Source: Geosiphon pyriformis uo1 (Eukaryota > Fungi > Glomeromycota). Taken from it: a DNA stretch of 64,000 bases. Position numbers and translations under genes: made by a program. Under the pieces are notes generated by a model. It was not told the origin of the DNA. It made no database searches and saw only the letters and a program-made list of their open reading frames with translations. The stretch lies in assembly GCA_016748015.1 (NCBI GenBank), contig JAAOMT010000435.1:1-64000 (forward strand). Direction: 5' to 3'. This document shows positions 12,315-26,700 of the stretch, one piece after another. Within the stretch, counting starts at the first letter, position 1; each line of letters begins with the position of its first letter.

Positions 12315-15300
12315 AAATTAATTTTTTAAACAAAGCTGATTTTTGATAAAATAAAACTTTTTTGAACTAGATTAAACTTGATTTAGTATAAAAAGTATGA
12401 ACATTTTAAATACTTTTTTCTTGGGTGTAATTTTAAGAACTTATCTGTTTTTGTTTTGAAAAAAATTTATAAAAAGTTTGTTTTAAACAAAGATTATTTT
12501 TAGTTAGTCTATTTTTATGTTAAAAAAAATGTTTCTATCTTTTAATCTACTGCTTTTGGTGACAAATTTTAGACACAGATAGTTTTTTTGGTTGTTGTTT
12601 CTGCTAATATTTATTTATTTTTTCTACTTGGTCTTTTTTATTTTAGCACTTTACAGTTTAATAAAGTTCTCTTTATCTCTTAGATAATGTTTTCTGTTGA
12701 TGCTTAGTTAACTTTTTAAAATGGTTTTTAGAATTGTTGACTAATTAATTAAGCATTGTATACAAGCTAAGCAGTTTGGAATTAGTATTTCTGGCTTCTA
12801 TTTTTTTATCTTTTATCTCAGTTAATTTAATGGTTTTGAATTCAAATTTGGATTTAAATATGGTTTTAAATAACTTATAAATATTATCTTCTTTTTTTTC
12901 AATAGCAATAAATAAAAATTTAGGTTTAAGCATAATTAGTTCTAAGATTTTAACCACTTAAGTAAACAGTTAAAATCAAAAATAGTTACTTTTAAGATAT
13001 TTGTTGTTTTAATTCTAATAAAATTAGATTATTTGTGTGTTAATTTAGATTTTTAAGTGCTTTCTTTTTATTTTAATAACTAATTATGTTTGAAAAATAT
13101 CCACATATAATATCAGAGGTATAAACAATCTAGTTAAGCAAAAAAACATTGTTTATTAACATATAAAATCTAACAATATGGTTTTAATTATTATAAAAAC
13201 AAAATTAAAAGAATAAATTAGGTTTTAAATAAAGAATAAGTTTTTTAGTTTAAAAATTTTTGTGTTTGGTCTGAATTCTGACTATTTAGATTCAAGTATA
13301 ACAATAATAATAAATAATAAGTTGGCTTATTATGTATACAAAATATTAAAAGTTTTGGGTTGTTTTATATTAATTTATTTTTTGTTTGATAATAATTCTA
13401 AAAATTTATGCTAATATATTAATATATGTTTTGATTAAACTAGAAATATTAACTTATTTATTACCAAAACAGTTAGTTCTAGCTCTTATATAGTGCTAAG
13501 AGATGATTTTAATAAAAATAGATCAAAAAAAATGCCAGTTTTAGAAAATGTTTTGAATTAGATTTGCAAAGTTTATTTTCTGAAAATTTTTTTGCTAAGT
13601 TTTTTACTTAAAATAACTTAAAAAAAGTAAAAAAAACCATTGATTATATTTTTGTTAATAATTATCTTTTATCAATAATTGTTAATTATAGTGTTTTTGA
13701 TGTGTTTAAGTTTTTTAATATTAATTACAAAGCTGTATTAGTCTTTCTTAAGTTAGATGGTTTTTTGAATGTTTATTTAAATTTTTTATACAAGTAAATT
13801 AATTAAAATTATTAGAGATTTAACATAAAAAATATCAATAAAGTAAAATAAACATGTTTTAAAGAATGTTTATTATTAAATCTGTCTTTAATTTTATGTA
13901 AGTTTTAAAATATAAAAAAACAAAATAAATTAAATATAATATGAGATATTTTAAAAAAAATGATAATAAATTCAGCAAATAAAGTTTTTTTTAAACATTA
14001 ATATAATAAGTTTGATGCTTTAAAGAATAAACAGTCTTTTAAATTCTTTAAATTAAAAATTTTGGTTATTTTATGAAAATATAATTAAGATTTAATAATG
14101 TTAAAGCTTTTAATATGTAATTTTTGATTAAGTATAAAACAAAATATAAAAAAGTTCTTTGTTAATTATTTAAAGCCATAAAAAAATATCATGCTTTAAA
14201 GTTTCAAAAATCAGAATTTATTAAGACTTTAGCTATTAAAAAAGCTATTGATAAAATAATAAAAAAATTTTGTATAAATAAAGACTATATAATTAGGAGT
14301 ATTTTAAAATAACTTTTTTGTAAAATGATACTTGATCATTTGGTAATTAGAAACAAAATGGTTTTAAAACCAAATAAAGTACAAAATAAGATAAATATTA
14401 TTATAAAGGGTTAAACTAGGAAGCATTTGATACCAAAAATTATTTTTAATCTTTAGTCTTATTAATATGTGTTTTTGAATTATATAAATGATAATATGTT
14501 CTTTAGAATAATAATAAAAATTAGTTTTAATGAATTAGAGTATACAATTAAATATTTTTTTAATAATAAAACAGTTAGTTTTTCTGGTATTTTAAATAAA
14601 TTGTAAAAACATAACAATAGTAATGTTTTAAAATGTCTTTTAAATTTGTTAAATAGTTGTTTAATTTTAAGAACAGTTTTTGTGTCTTAGAAAAAAACTT
14701 AGATGTCTATAATTTTAAAGTCATATAAATAAAAAAAAGTACTAATAAATATCAGACCAATAATTTTAATTAAAATAGCTAGAAAGATTCTGTTAAAAAT
14801 TTTGTTAAATTATATTTTTTCTGTTTATAACAAGTTTAATATGCTTTATAGAAACAATTTTTCAGTGCTTAAAAGCACTTATATACAGATTTTAGTCTTT
14901 GTTATAGACTCTATTATTAAGAATGTTTTGAAAAAAATATATATGATTGGTTTTACAACATATACATAAAATTTATAATTTTGTTGGTTGAATTTACTTA
15001 TAATAAAATTTGAAGTGGATAAAAATATATAAAAAATTTATCCAGTTCTTTGACAATTTACACAAAAATAGAATTAATAAGATAATAACAAATTTTGGGC
15101 TCTTAGATAAATATTAAATACATAATGACTTGAATTAGAATAAGATTTTTTTACTTTTTTTTTGGAAAATATTCAATGATTTTCTTTTATAAAAAATTAA
15201 AAAGTATAAAAATTTGTGTAGATACTGTGTAAATATAAAATCTGTTGCAAAAATAAGAAGAGTAAAAACTAGTTTAGACAGAATTATGTTTTTTATAGCA

Positions 15301-15719
15301 AGTATTTTTATTAATAATACAATTTAAATAGAAAATAATTATATATTTATGCAATATATTTTAAATATTATCAGTAAGTTTTTTTATTAATAACATTTTA
15401 ATTAACAATAAAAAAATAGTGATTATTCTTATTAATTAAAAAATTAAGAATGCTTTTTTGTTTATTAATAAACTGTCAATAGCAATAGCAAAAAAATAAG
15501 TCTCACAAATATTTGGAAAATTTTTTGTTAATTAAGAATATGTTTAAGCTAAGTTTAGTTAAGATGTATTTAAATATCAAGTTTTTTTCTAATATAATAT
15601 TAAAAAAAACTTTGTTGAATAAGCAGTTTTTTATTTAGTATTAACTGTTTACAACTTATTATTAATTATAAAATCTAGTTCAGTTTTATTTTAAAAAATG
15701 TGTATAGCAAATAAGATAT

Positions 15720-16497
15720 TATTATAAATAATTATTTGAAATGTTAAAATAAATAACAAATTCATAACTTGATACTTAATAGTTACTGATAATATTAATT
15801 TCTAAAAACTTTTATAATCTAAAAAGTTTGGTTGAGTTTTTTGTATAATAGACAGAAATTTAATTAATGGTTTTTTTCCAATTTTTGTCTTCAGTGTAAT
15901 AACCAGTTTAATTAAACAATTATGTTTTTTTGGTAAATTTTTTTTTTTCTGAGTTATTATCTTTATTTTATGAATCTTTTACCAAATTATTTTTAATGTC
16001 ATATCTTAGTACTTAATTCTTTAATTAATTAGTAAACAACAAGAAAACAAAAATAAAAAATAAATAAAAAATTAGTATTCTGTTAATAATTGTAATTAAA
16101 AGTTATTGTTCTAGTATAGTTAAATAGTAAATGTTATTATCATAAGTAGTTGATTAAATTAGAAAGTAGTAATATTAATTCAATAATATGAATAACATGA
16201 ATTGAAAATAAATAATGATTTTATTTGATATTTGGATAATTCTACTTTAAGATAAAGAAAACCAACTTTTAAAAAGAGATATATTTTAATTACTTATTGG
16301 TTGGAACTTATTTAAATCTAATTAACTACTTTTTTTACTTCTAATATTACTACTATATATACATATTTCTCATTATATGAAATTTTTTGAAATTTTTCAA
16401 TTTTTTAAGAAAAATTCTGAAATTTCTTTTTTTACTATACTAATTTTTATTGGCTATTTTTCTATCTATTATAATTTTTACTTTTCTATAAATAATA
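15720..16497 (-). mobile_element. Decayed solo LTR (family of 34500-35368) inserted in LINE ORF2
   Basis: Both ends align to the reverse complement of 34500-35368. Removing it restores the LINE frame K-W-D-V-F-I-K-K-K-L-K-A-K-A-N-L-P-R-D-F. Flanks ATAT/ATGT form a 4-bp TSD with one G>A change. Confidence 0.75.
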
Positions 16498-18035
16498 ATG
16501 TTTTTATAAAAAAAAAACTTAAGGCCAAAGCTAATTTGCCAAGAGATTTTTCTAGTAAATTTTTATATTACTTTTTTTTATATGGTCTATAAACTTTTAA
16601 ACAAATACAAACTGAAGACAAAACAGTTTTATTAATTGTATTTTCTAATACTGCTGGAGTTTTTGGATATTTGTTTGATTATTAGTTGTTGAATTTGCAA
16701 ATATTAAGATTAACATTAGTAAATTTACTATAATTTTTTGCAAAATTAAGGATTAGTTTTGTAAACAATTTTTTTGTAAACATGATAAAAGTTTTTTTAG
16801 ATAATAAAATCTTGTTGGCTAATAATATATTTAATGTTTTTTATGATCTTGACAAGTTTTTAATATTAATTATTTTGAAAACTTTTTATTATTATAATAT
16901 AATCAATTTTTTAAAGTGTTTTAATATGGCTTTTGATAATAAGCTGTTAAATAAATATAGTATAATTATGAATTAAAAAACATTTTATTATTAGAAAAAG
17001 TTAAATTTAAGAAGTCTAGTATTTTATTGGTTTGATATAACTTTTGAATTTATAATTAACTTTGGTTTTAATTTGTTGAACATATTTTTAGTTTATAATA
17101 TTTTTAATATTTTAAATTCTGGTAAATTTTTAACTGTTTAGAAATATTTACATAGAATTTGGTTTGAAAGTTTTGTTATTTATATTAAGTCTTACATATA
17201 ATTTGAGTTTACTAGTAAAATGTTTTTGGATTTGCATATTTATATAATAAAGGCTATTTATAAAAGATTGCCAATTATTGTAAAAATAAAATTTATAATA
17301 AATTCTATTTTGGTGTTTTGTGTTTACTATATAATAAGGTAAAATTTTCTAATCATGTTTTTATCTGTTTAAAAAATGATGTTTCATATAAAAAATAGTA
17401 CAAAAATTGGTTGATTACTGAAAATCTTTAATTAATCTTAAAATTTTTCTATTATTGTAGTTGTTTAGACTTTTTTGTTAAATCTATTAAATATTAATCT
17501 ATATAAAATTTTTTGTAAAAATTTTGTTATAAAAAGATGTTTTAAAAAAACAGTGCTAGTATTTGAGAATAAAAAAAAATCTGTTTTAATAATAATAGAG
17601 TTTGTTTATAAGTTTATTAAGTATTATAAAATAATAGTGTAGATTTTTAGATTTAAATTTCGAACTAATATAAAGAATTATAATTTAATTGGCAATATAG
17701 ATATGGTTTTTGAACTATTATGTTTTTTGTTATTTCAATTATTAAATAACATAGTTTATTTACTTAGTATTAATAAAGTTTTTGCTATTGATTTTGGGTT
17801 TTATAGATTTTGATTGTTTTTTTCTGGCTTGAATAATAATATAATAATATAAATAAGTATATAATATAGTCTTAATTGGTCTGAATAACTAATCACATAT
17901 AAAAAATACATAAGTTGTATTTAATTAAAGTTTTTTAGTTTAATTTTTTATATTAGATAGTAATTAAACTATATTTATTAATAAAATAAATAAATAAATA
18001 AATATATATATATATATAATCTATATTTTTTACAG

Positions 18036-21000
18036 TATTACCAATAGAATTTAGTTAATAATTAACATAAAATTACTAATATAATTTTTATATTTAATTA
18101 GCATATATTATTAAATACTATTATCTAATTATAACTTAATTTGTATAATACATAAATATGATGATTAGATTATAGAATACTTTGAATTTTATAATATTTA
18201 AAAATTTGTAAAATTTTGTAAAATAATTTAATAGTTTATCAAAATAGTTAATAGTTTATAAAAATAACTTATAGTTTGTTAAAATATATTTTTTATTTAT
18301 TAAAATTATAGAAAAAAAAAGTTCAAGTTTATAGACTAATATTATAATAAATTATATAAAAAAAAGCTTTTTTTTTCACAAAAATGTATTTTAGTTAAAA
18401 TTGTTTTTATCAAAAATATCTTTATCAAAAATATTTTTTCTTAATATTTATATAAATTATTCAATAAAAACTACATTAAAAAACAATAAAAATTATCTAA
18501 ATCTTTATTAATATTTTAAAATTAATTAACTACCAATTTCAGTAATTTGTTAGTGGCTTTAGATTTAGACAAAAAATAATTTTCTTAATAAAATTTTTTT
18601 TCTTTTATATTTTTTATATTTTTTTATTTTTATATTTTTTTATTATTATATATATTAGAGTAGTCTATAAATAAGATTTTTTTAGAAAAATTGACTTTTA
18701 TAACAAAGTAACTATATATTTTAATAAGCTTTTAGATAAGTATTTTCTGAAAAAAAGTTGATTTTTATTGTAAAATAACTATACAAATAACTGGTACAAA
18801 ATTAGTTATTCTATTTATAAGCCCAATTATTTAAATTATAAGAAATAATTTAAAAAAAAATTCAGTTATTAGAGATTCTATAGCTTTTAATAATTATAAA
18901 TTTACAGCAAAATAATATTAACAATATTTAAATAAAAAGACCAAAAATCTTTAATAACATTTGATGTTCTTTCATAGATTAATATAGTAATAACAACTTT
19001 AAAATAATAATTACTTTAAACATAATAATTCTAAAGTACTATCAGTTAATTTACATTTACTGTAAACAATAATTTGAAATTTGAAATTTGAAATAGAATT
19101 ACAACTTTCAAGAAAACATTTTTTTAATACATTAAAACCAAATTAATGATTATTTTTTTAGAAACTACAATATTACAAAAATCAAGTAAAATCTTCTTGA
19201 AAATCTTATTTATTATTTAAATAGAAATTTAGCAAATATTAGTGCTAATAATTGTGCTATTTACTTTAAAGAACTAGATTATAATATTATCAAATTTTGC
19301 AAAGAAAAATACTTTGCCAATTTATAATTTGTTCTTAAACTTAAATTTGAAATTAAAACAAACAAAAAAAGCAAAAAAAAAATACTTAACCAGTTTATAT
19401 AATATTCAATACACCAAAAACAATTTTTAATACTTGCAGACATCTAAATAAAGAGTTAGTTTTAAACTATTACTTTTAATTACATCTTTTTCAGCTTTAT
19501 TTGTTCAAGTTTAGATACCAAATTCATTATTTAATTATTTTTCAAGATTGGAAAACTTTATATTATTAAAAAGCCCAACACAATAGCCTCAACAAATTTT
19601 TATCAACACAAATCTTTTTAATTACTTAGCAAAAAACCAAAGTAATTACTTTAATAACATAGACAATAACAAAAAAATTTTTGAATTCATTAAAAAAAAA
19701 CTGTTAAAAACAAAAACACAAAAAAAATGACAACTATTTATATTGCAAAAATCATTGAATTTATAAAAAAAGATGTTAATATTAATTCTTAAAAATAACT
19801 TGATAAAGTCTTAAAAGCAGAAAATACAAATAGCTAAAACACAGCAAAAATGATAAAAGCTATTTCTTATTTTCTCTAAAAAACAGTAGAATAATAGTTT
19901 AAAAACTTAAATAAATTTTTTAAAAATTGACAAGCATTTTTAAATGCTTTTTTAAAACAATTTACTAATAACAATATCTTAATTATACTTTAATAAAAAG
20001 TCTATATTTTTTTTAGCATCTTAAAAAAAAAACAAATTACAGTTATACATATTAAATACTCTTAAATCCAACAAAAAAACAATATAATAACAAATTATTA
20101 CTTGTTACTAATAAATTCAAAATTAAAAATAAAATTTTTTTATACAGAATTAAAACTGAAAAACAATAGAATATAAATTTTAATTATAAATAAGATATAC
20201 TATTTTATATTTATAAAATTCTAAATAATAAATTATATAAATTAAAACTTAATAACAAAATTCTAATGAAAGTTATACATAAAAATTAATTGAAACATTA
20301 TTATTTTAAAACCAATTTCAAATTATTAATTTTATAAATTAGTATATATTTTTTTTTAATTAATTCTGAAAATATTCTTTAAAACTTAAAACCAATAGTT
20401 ATAATAAAACAACAACCAAACCAGAATATTTAATTTATTTAATATATTAGTATCTTCTTTAAAAATAATACAAAATGTTAAACAAAAATAAAAAAATTGT
20501 TGTTAGAAAATATCCAATTTAAAAATAGATAAAACTTTTATACTAAAAATAATTTAAGTTTTTTATAAATTTAGTAATTTTTTTTATAACTAATAATAAT
20601 TATTCTTTAAAACATTCAATAAATATCTTAAAAATTAATGTTAGCTTTAAAAACACTTCTTAACTTATTTATAATAATCAATAAAAGTTAAATTAATTAT
20701 ATTTAGAAAAAAATTACAACTCTAATAGTAAATAATTTTCAGAATTATTATTTTTATAAAAAAAATACAAAAAATTATTCTGAAATTTATTTATTAAAAC
20801 TGTTAAAACAAGTTTTAAAAAAATCTATTATTTACTTTTATAAATATTTTCTTAAATATTAGAATACAACAAAAACTTTAACTTTATCTTAATAAAAGCA
20901 GTAAATATATTCTTATTTATTAATACTTTCAAATTAGAAAAACACTATATTAATAAAAACTAGAACTTAAAACAATTAATTTTATTCCTAAAATTATATA

Positions 21001-22041
21001 AAAACAAATACACCATAAATTTAAGATAACAACTAAATTAACAAACATGTAATATAAATTCAGAGCAGTTTTTAGATCTTATAACTTATTTAATATATGC
21101 AAAACTATTTTACAAAATCCAATATTTTAATTATTAAAAATTCAATATATTAACAGACTTATAGAACTGAAATTTTAATAATTTTTAAACTAACTTTAAT
21201 AATATTAGATTACTATCTAAATATTATAAATAGTACTTGGATTTTGATAAAACTCAGTTTTAAAGAAAAAATGATGTTACCAGTAAAATTTAATTAATAA
21301 TTAACATGAAATTATTCTTATAATTTTTATTTTTAATTAACATATATTATTATTGTTTTAATTATTACTTTTTATTCAATTATATTACCAAATATTATTA
21401 TCTAATTAATAAATTAATTTGTACAATACACAAATATAATAATCAGATCATACAACACTTTGAACTTTATAACAAATTGTATAAAAAAAAAGCTTTTTTT
21501 TTAAGAAAATATATCTTAATTAAAATTATCTTTATTAAAAATATTTTTTTTTAGTATCTATACAAATTATTTTAATAAAAACTATATTAAAAAACAACAA
21601 AAATTATAATTATTTTGCTTGAAATTAATTAGTTATTAATTTTAGTAATCTGTTAATAACTTTAAGCTTAAACAAAAGATAATTCTTTTAATAAAAATAT
21701 TTTTTTTATTTTTTTTTATTTTTATTATTATATATATTAAAGTAGTTTACAAACAAAATTCTTATAAAAAAGTTGACTTTCATAACAAAGTAACTATATA
21801 TTTTAGTAAACTTTCAGATAAGCATTTTTTGAAAAAGAATTAATTTTTATTGCAAAATAACTATATAAATAATTGGCATAAAATTAGTTATTTTACTCAT
21901 AAGTCTAATTGTTCAAATTATAAAAGATAATTTAAAGAAAAATTTAATTATTAAAGATTCTATAACTTCCAATAATCATGAATTTACAGCAAAATAATAT
22001 TAATAATATTTAAAAAAAAAGACCAAAAATCTTTAGTAACA
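18036..22041 (+). mobile_element. Decayed short Ty3/gypsy-type LTR element (LTRs 18036-18959 and 21275-22041)
   Basis: Two direct repeats with TATTAC/TGTTAC starts and TAACA ends, and an exact TSD ACAG (18032-35, 22042-45). PBS remnant TGATGTTC at 18962-69, a purine tract before 21275, and a gag-like remnant at about 19730-19980. Confidence 0.8.
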
Positions 22042-23776
22042 ACAGCAAACTAAATTAAATTTAATCTAAAAAAAATTATTTATTTATTATAATATATCAG
22101 TTTTAATAATTAATAAAAATCAAATATAATTAAATATATTATTTTTAATATTTTTATAAATATTATCTTAATTATTAAAAAACAAATAATAATTAATATA
22201 ATAAATATATATTGCTATTAAAAACAAAAAAAAACAAATTAGTAATAAATTAAATAAATATAAATTTAAATATATAATAATAAAATAATTACTATTTTTA
22301 ATACACTTAAAAAAACACTTATTTATTAATAAAAATTTGTTATATAAAAAACAATTAAAACTGTATAAATATTTAAATAAAATTATAAAAATTATAAAAC
22401 TTTAAAAAAAACAAATTATAAATTCTAACAGAAAATTTTTAAAAATTTTAATTATTACAAAAAGAGCCAAAATTTTTATATATAAAAACTTGGTTTTTTA
22501 AATTTAAAACTTATTTTATTTTATTTTTTATATATTTTGTTAACCAAATTTTTAATAAAATTTAAATTAAAAAGTACAATAATAATTGTTATTAATTTTA
22601 AGAATTATTAAAAAAATAAAATATTATTATTATCTTATTAATAATTATAAATTATTTTTTTATTTTTAAATTAAAATTATTATAAAAACATTTTTTTTGA
22701 CTTTAAATAAATATTTTTTAATATAATTGTTATTATTATAAAATTTTTTTAATAATAAACTAATAATTAGATTAATATTTTTTAATAATTTATTTTATTT
22801 TATTTAAATAGCCAAAAAACAAAAAAACAATTTTTTTTTCTTTTAAAATATTAAAAATTATATTTTTTTTGTGTTTTTTAAAATAATATTTTTAATTTAA
22901 ACTTTATTTTTCTTTTTATAAAAAATAAAATATTGGTTTTTTTGTTTTTTAATATTTATATTAATTTATTATAATTGTATTAATTATAATATTTAATTTT
23001 AATTTGTTTATAAATTATAGTTTTTTTTAATTTAAATAATAATAGTAATAATATGTTTATTAAAGTTAATACTTAATATATAAGTAAATTGCTTAATATA
23101 TTAAATTTTAATTAATTATTATTAGTTTTAAAAACAAAACATGTTTTTATATATAATTTTAATTAATTAATTTATTAAATTACTTAATTTTAAAGATTAA
23201 GCTAATTAAATAAAAATTAAAGCATTTTTTTTTATCTTTTAAAAATATTATTAATTTTAAATTGTCTCTATTTTAATATTTAATAAAATTATTAAAATTA
23301 AATTAACTTATATTAAAATTGTATTTTAGTTTTTATATGAGTTTTTTTAATTTAAAATTGGTTATTAAAGACAATATCTAGCTTTTTTATAAAAATTTGG
23401 CTTCTTAGTTTTTTTTGAATGCTGCTATTTAGATTAAGCTTGCTAAATTATTATTTTTTTTCAAAAATTATTATTATTTTATATATTTAAGATTTGTAGC
23501 CAATATAATAATTTAAGAGTCTAAAATATACACAACTACTAAAATTGTATAATTGTAATAAATAAAATAAAGATGACACTCAAAGAATAATAAATTTAAA
23601 TTATAAATAATTATTAATTTTGCATTTTTATATAGAAAAAAATAAAATAAACATTTAATTATTTAAATTAGCAAGAAAATCATTGATCTCGATTAGTCAC
23701 ATGATTTCTTGTAATGTTTTCAATCGACTACTTCTGATTAATTTCTTTCAACTAGATATTAAACAGTCCCCGAAAT

Positions 23777-26700
23777 ATGGCCATAATTCAACGGCGAAAT
23801 TTAAGAAACTTCTCTAGCTTATATATTCTTCTTTTTCTATCATTGTTTGTTCAGCATGGAAAAGGTCTATATGAAAATGAGGCAGGAGTAATAGACTGGT
23901 GAGAAATTTTGGAGCTTAGCTTACTTAAATCAACCTCGAAACTTTAATCTCTAATCAATGATTTATCCTCTTCTTGTTTCTAGGCATCAAAAGTATGTTG
24001 GAACACCGAGAATTTCATTATTCCATAGGACCTCACGTGGTGTGTCTATATTAACTGCTACTGATCGTAACGTCATCGCCTCTTTAAGTGCTCACAATGG
24101 AAATGTTGGTTAGTACCACACTCCTTTTTTTCAAGTTTCCAGAATTTGGCTAAGTGCATTCTTAAGGGGATCAATGATGATTTGAGCTTTCATCATAATT
24201 GTTGAGTTTCTGGGAATCTTTATTTCGGTTTAAGAGAACGATCCTGGACGTTCATATGTTCTAGAATACCAAAGTTGGGATTTCTTAGTGAGGCCTCGTT
24301 CAGACAGTGACTTGACAACAATACAAGAATTTGTGGATATCAGACTTTTTCTAAAGCTATGACATCAGAGAGGTCATTTCAATTTATTTACTTATTGTCA
24401 TGTGATCTCTAAAAATCAGAGTGGCGTCAAGTATTTGAAGAAAGTGAGCGTATATTTACGTTCATATCCCATGAAACAAGTTGAGTAAAGTTCAAAAATT
24501 AATAAAATGGGAAATCATTAAATTGGCATTTTGTCCCTCTGAATCTATGATTCTTATCTGATCCGTCTGTCTTGTCTTGCCTCCTTTGTTATTTCTCGGG
24601 TGATCTTAATACAATATCAAATCTAAACACAACTAAATTCAAAAAAGATGCTCTCTCTGTATCCAACAGAGATGGATCTAATATGATTCGCTTATGGGAT
24701 GTTGATTCGGGTTCCTTGATCTGGGAACAAAAGGTCGCCGAGAAAACTGGCAAAAGCAATGATAATAGCAGTGAAACCAATTCCACTGTGGATGCTATCT
24801 TTGCAACAGATAAATCAGGAGTGTTCATTCTATTGGACGGTGCCAGTGTAACCAAATTTTCCATTCGAGATGGAAAACAACTTTGGAAAGCCATTATCGA
24901 TGAGAATAGGTATTGTCGATTTTCTAATCTAAATCATAGTCTTGGGTATAATGATGCTTTGCTTTTTCGTGACATCGATTTCAACTTTTTTATACGAAAT
25001 TTCAGCTCAAAAACAATCACATTCACACGAATAGTTCACTACGGTGCAGCACTTCAGGTTGTAGGATTAAAGACAACCAATAACAAATCCTATGCGATCG
25101 AGGTTGTTACGTTGGATGCCACTATCGGGGATACCTTGAGAAAAAACACTCTTGTTTCTAAAGTGGCATCGTTGAATGATATCATTGTAATTGGTGGAGA
25201 AAGTAACAATGGATTTGTCGTGTGGAAAGAGGGACCTCATATGCGAGTTAACCGATTTGGTACCGTAGAAATTGATGAGGCTCCATTAGAGGTAATAGAT
25301 AGGAGAATCCAACTTTTATATATAATTTTAGAATCATCAAATTGTGTCATTTTTGCAAATTTAGGCTCTATATGGAAATGTTATCCCATCATTTAAGGAT
25401 GCTAACGGACCACTTGAGCTCATAAACTTGAACCTTGGTTCTAGGACAGAGTTCTTGGCACAAATAAAAACTACACATGGTAGCTCTGCGGCTGTTTTTA
25501 AAGTTGATCCTGAGGGTGGTCGATTGGCTGTTCTCTACGATCTTGAAGAAAGGGTAAGAATAAGGATGAAGTAATTCTTGATATATTACTCAACAATAAG
25601 TCATTGGCTTTTTAATTCTTCATGTAATTAGCCAGGAAAATCGATCTACTCAGCAGTCGTCGATAAAACCAATAGCCTGATAGTTTCAAGAAGTCGTCGC
25701 GAATCAGAGGTATAAAAAATGTGCTAAAAATCATTCCTCACCATAATAAATTGTTAATTCACTTGATTATGAAATTCATTGATTGAATTCTAATAGGAAA
25801 GTATTAAGATCGAAATTGTTGCACCAGCATCAAGGCGAGTTTTGGCTATTCACTCGATTTCTCACTCATTGAAAACGTCTGGATGTATACAAAAGGTATG
25901 AATCAGGATATTGGATATCTTTTTAAATATGAAATATTTCCCGAGGATTAAATATAATCAAATTACGATCCTCCCTTTGAAATCTTATTTATATCAAATT
26001 TTTATTCTAATTTATAGTCTATTCTGGATGTTGACAATAAACAAAAAGAAAAGCTTTCTTATCAAATTTTTATGGTTTCCCAAGATCAGTCAGTCTATTT
26101 CTGGCAGGATGGAAGATTTGTTTGGAAACGAGAAGAATCCCTAGCTCATGCGATCCAAGTCGAATTTTTGGATTTTCCAGAGAGAAAGTTATGGTCACAA
26201 GATATTGATGAACTCGGTATAGTTTTCCATTAAATTTTCTTATCCGTTGAAATGATCTTTTTAATTTGAATTCTCAAAAAGAAAATGGTCTTTTATTAGA
26301 AGAGGCAGAAACCACTACACCTTTGGCACGTTATATACGACGTCTAAAAACCCACATTTATCAACTCCAAGTAAATTTCATATAATAGATTTCTTGATTT
26401 TATATTAATTCTTTGACTTAACGTATACATTACTCTAATCAATTCTCATCTAATACAGGATTTGCCATTTTACATCCCTACTTATATCAAACATTTTGTC
26501 ACTGGTGATTACTCATCCTTCGCAGGCACTCCATCATCAGATGATCGTAAAGTGAAAAGTCTTTATCGAGATACGTTTGGGTTCCGGAAGCTTTTAATAT
26601 TTGTAACACCGAAAAAGCTAGTGGCATTAGATACGGCCAATAAAGGCGATGTGGTCTGGTCACGTTACTTTGACCATTCAATTAAAGAACTCTACCAAAT

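Larger units (their letters stand above)
10470..18000 (+). mobile_element. Heavily decayed full-length non-LTR retrotransposon (LINE), same type as 47247-53987
   Basis: Its 5' end CTTCTTTCTT matches 47246. Colinear remnants of ORF1 (KKSFALNI...LINGF at 11050), endonuclease, RT (about 14700-14900) and KAKANLPRDF (16520) are readable, and it ends in a (TAAA)n tail. Riddled with G>A and C>T changes. Confidence 0.85.

Noticed and set aside
9400-23650. AT-rich block as a mitochondrial or endosymbiont insertion
   Set aside because: It resolves into decayed LINE and LTR sequence homologous to elements elsewhere in the window.
24109-24419. U1, U11, RNase P/MRP, TPP riboswitch or C/D snoRNA identity for the EMC1 intron
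   Set aside because: It lacks ACTTACCTG, P4 pairing partners, the TPP core and a CTGA D box. Kept only as an unassigned candidate.
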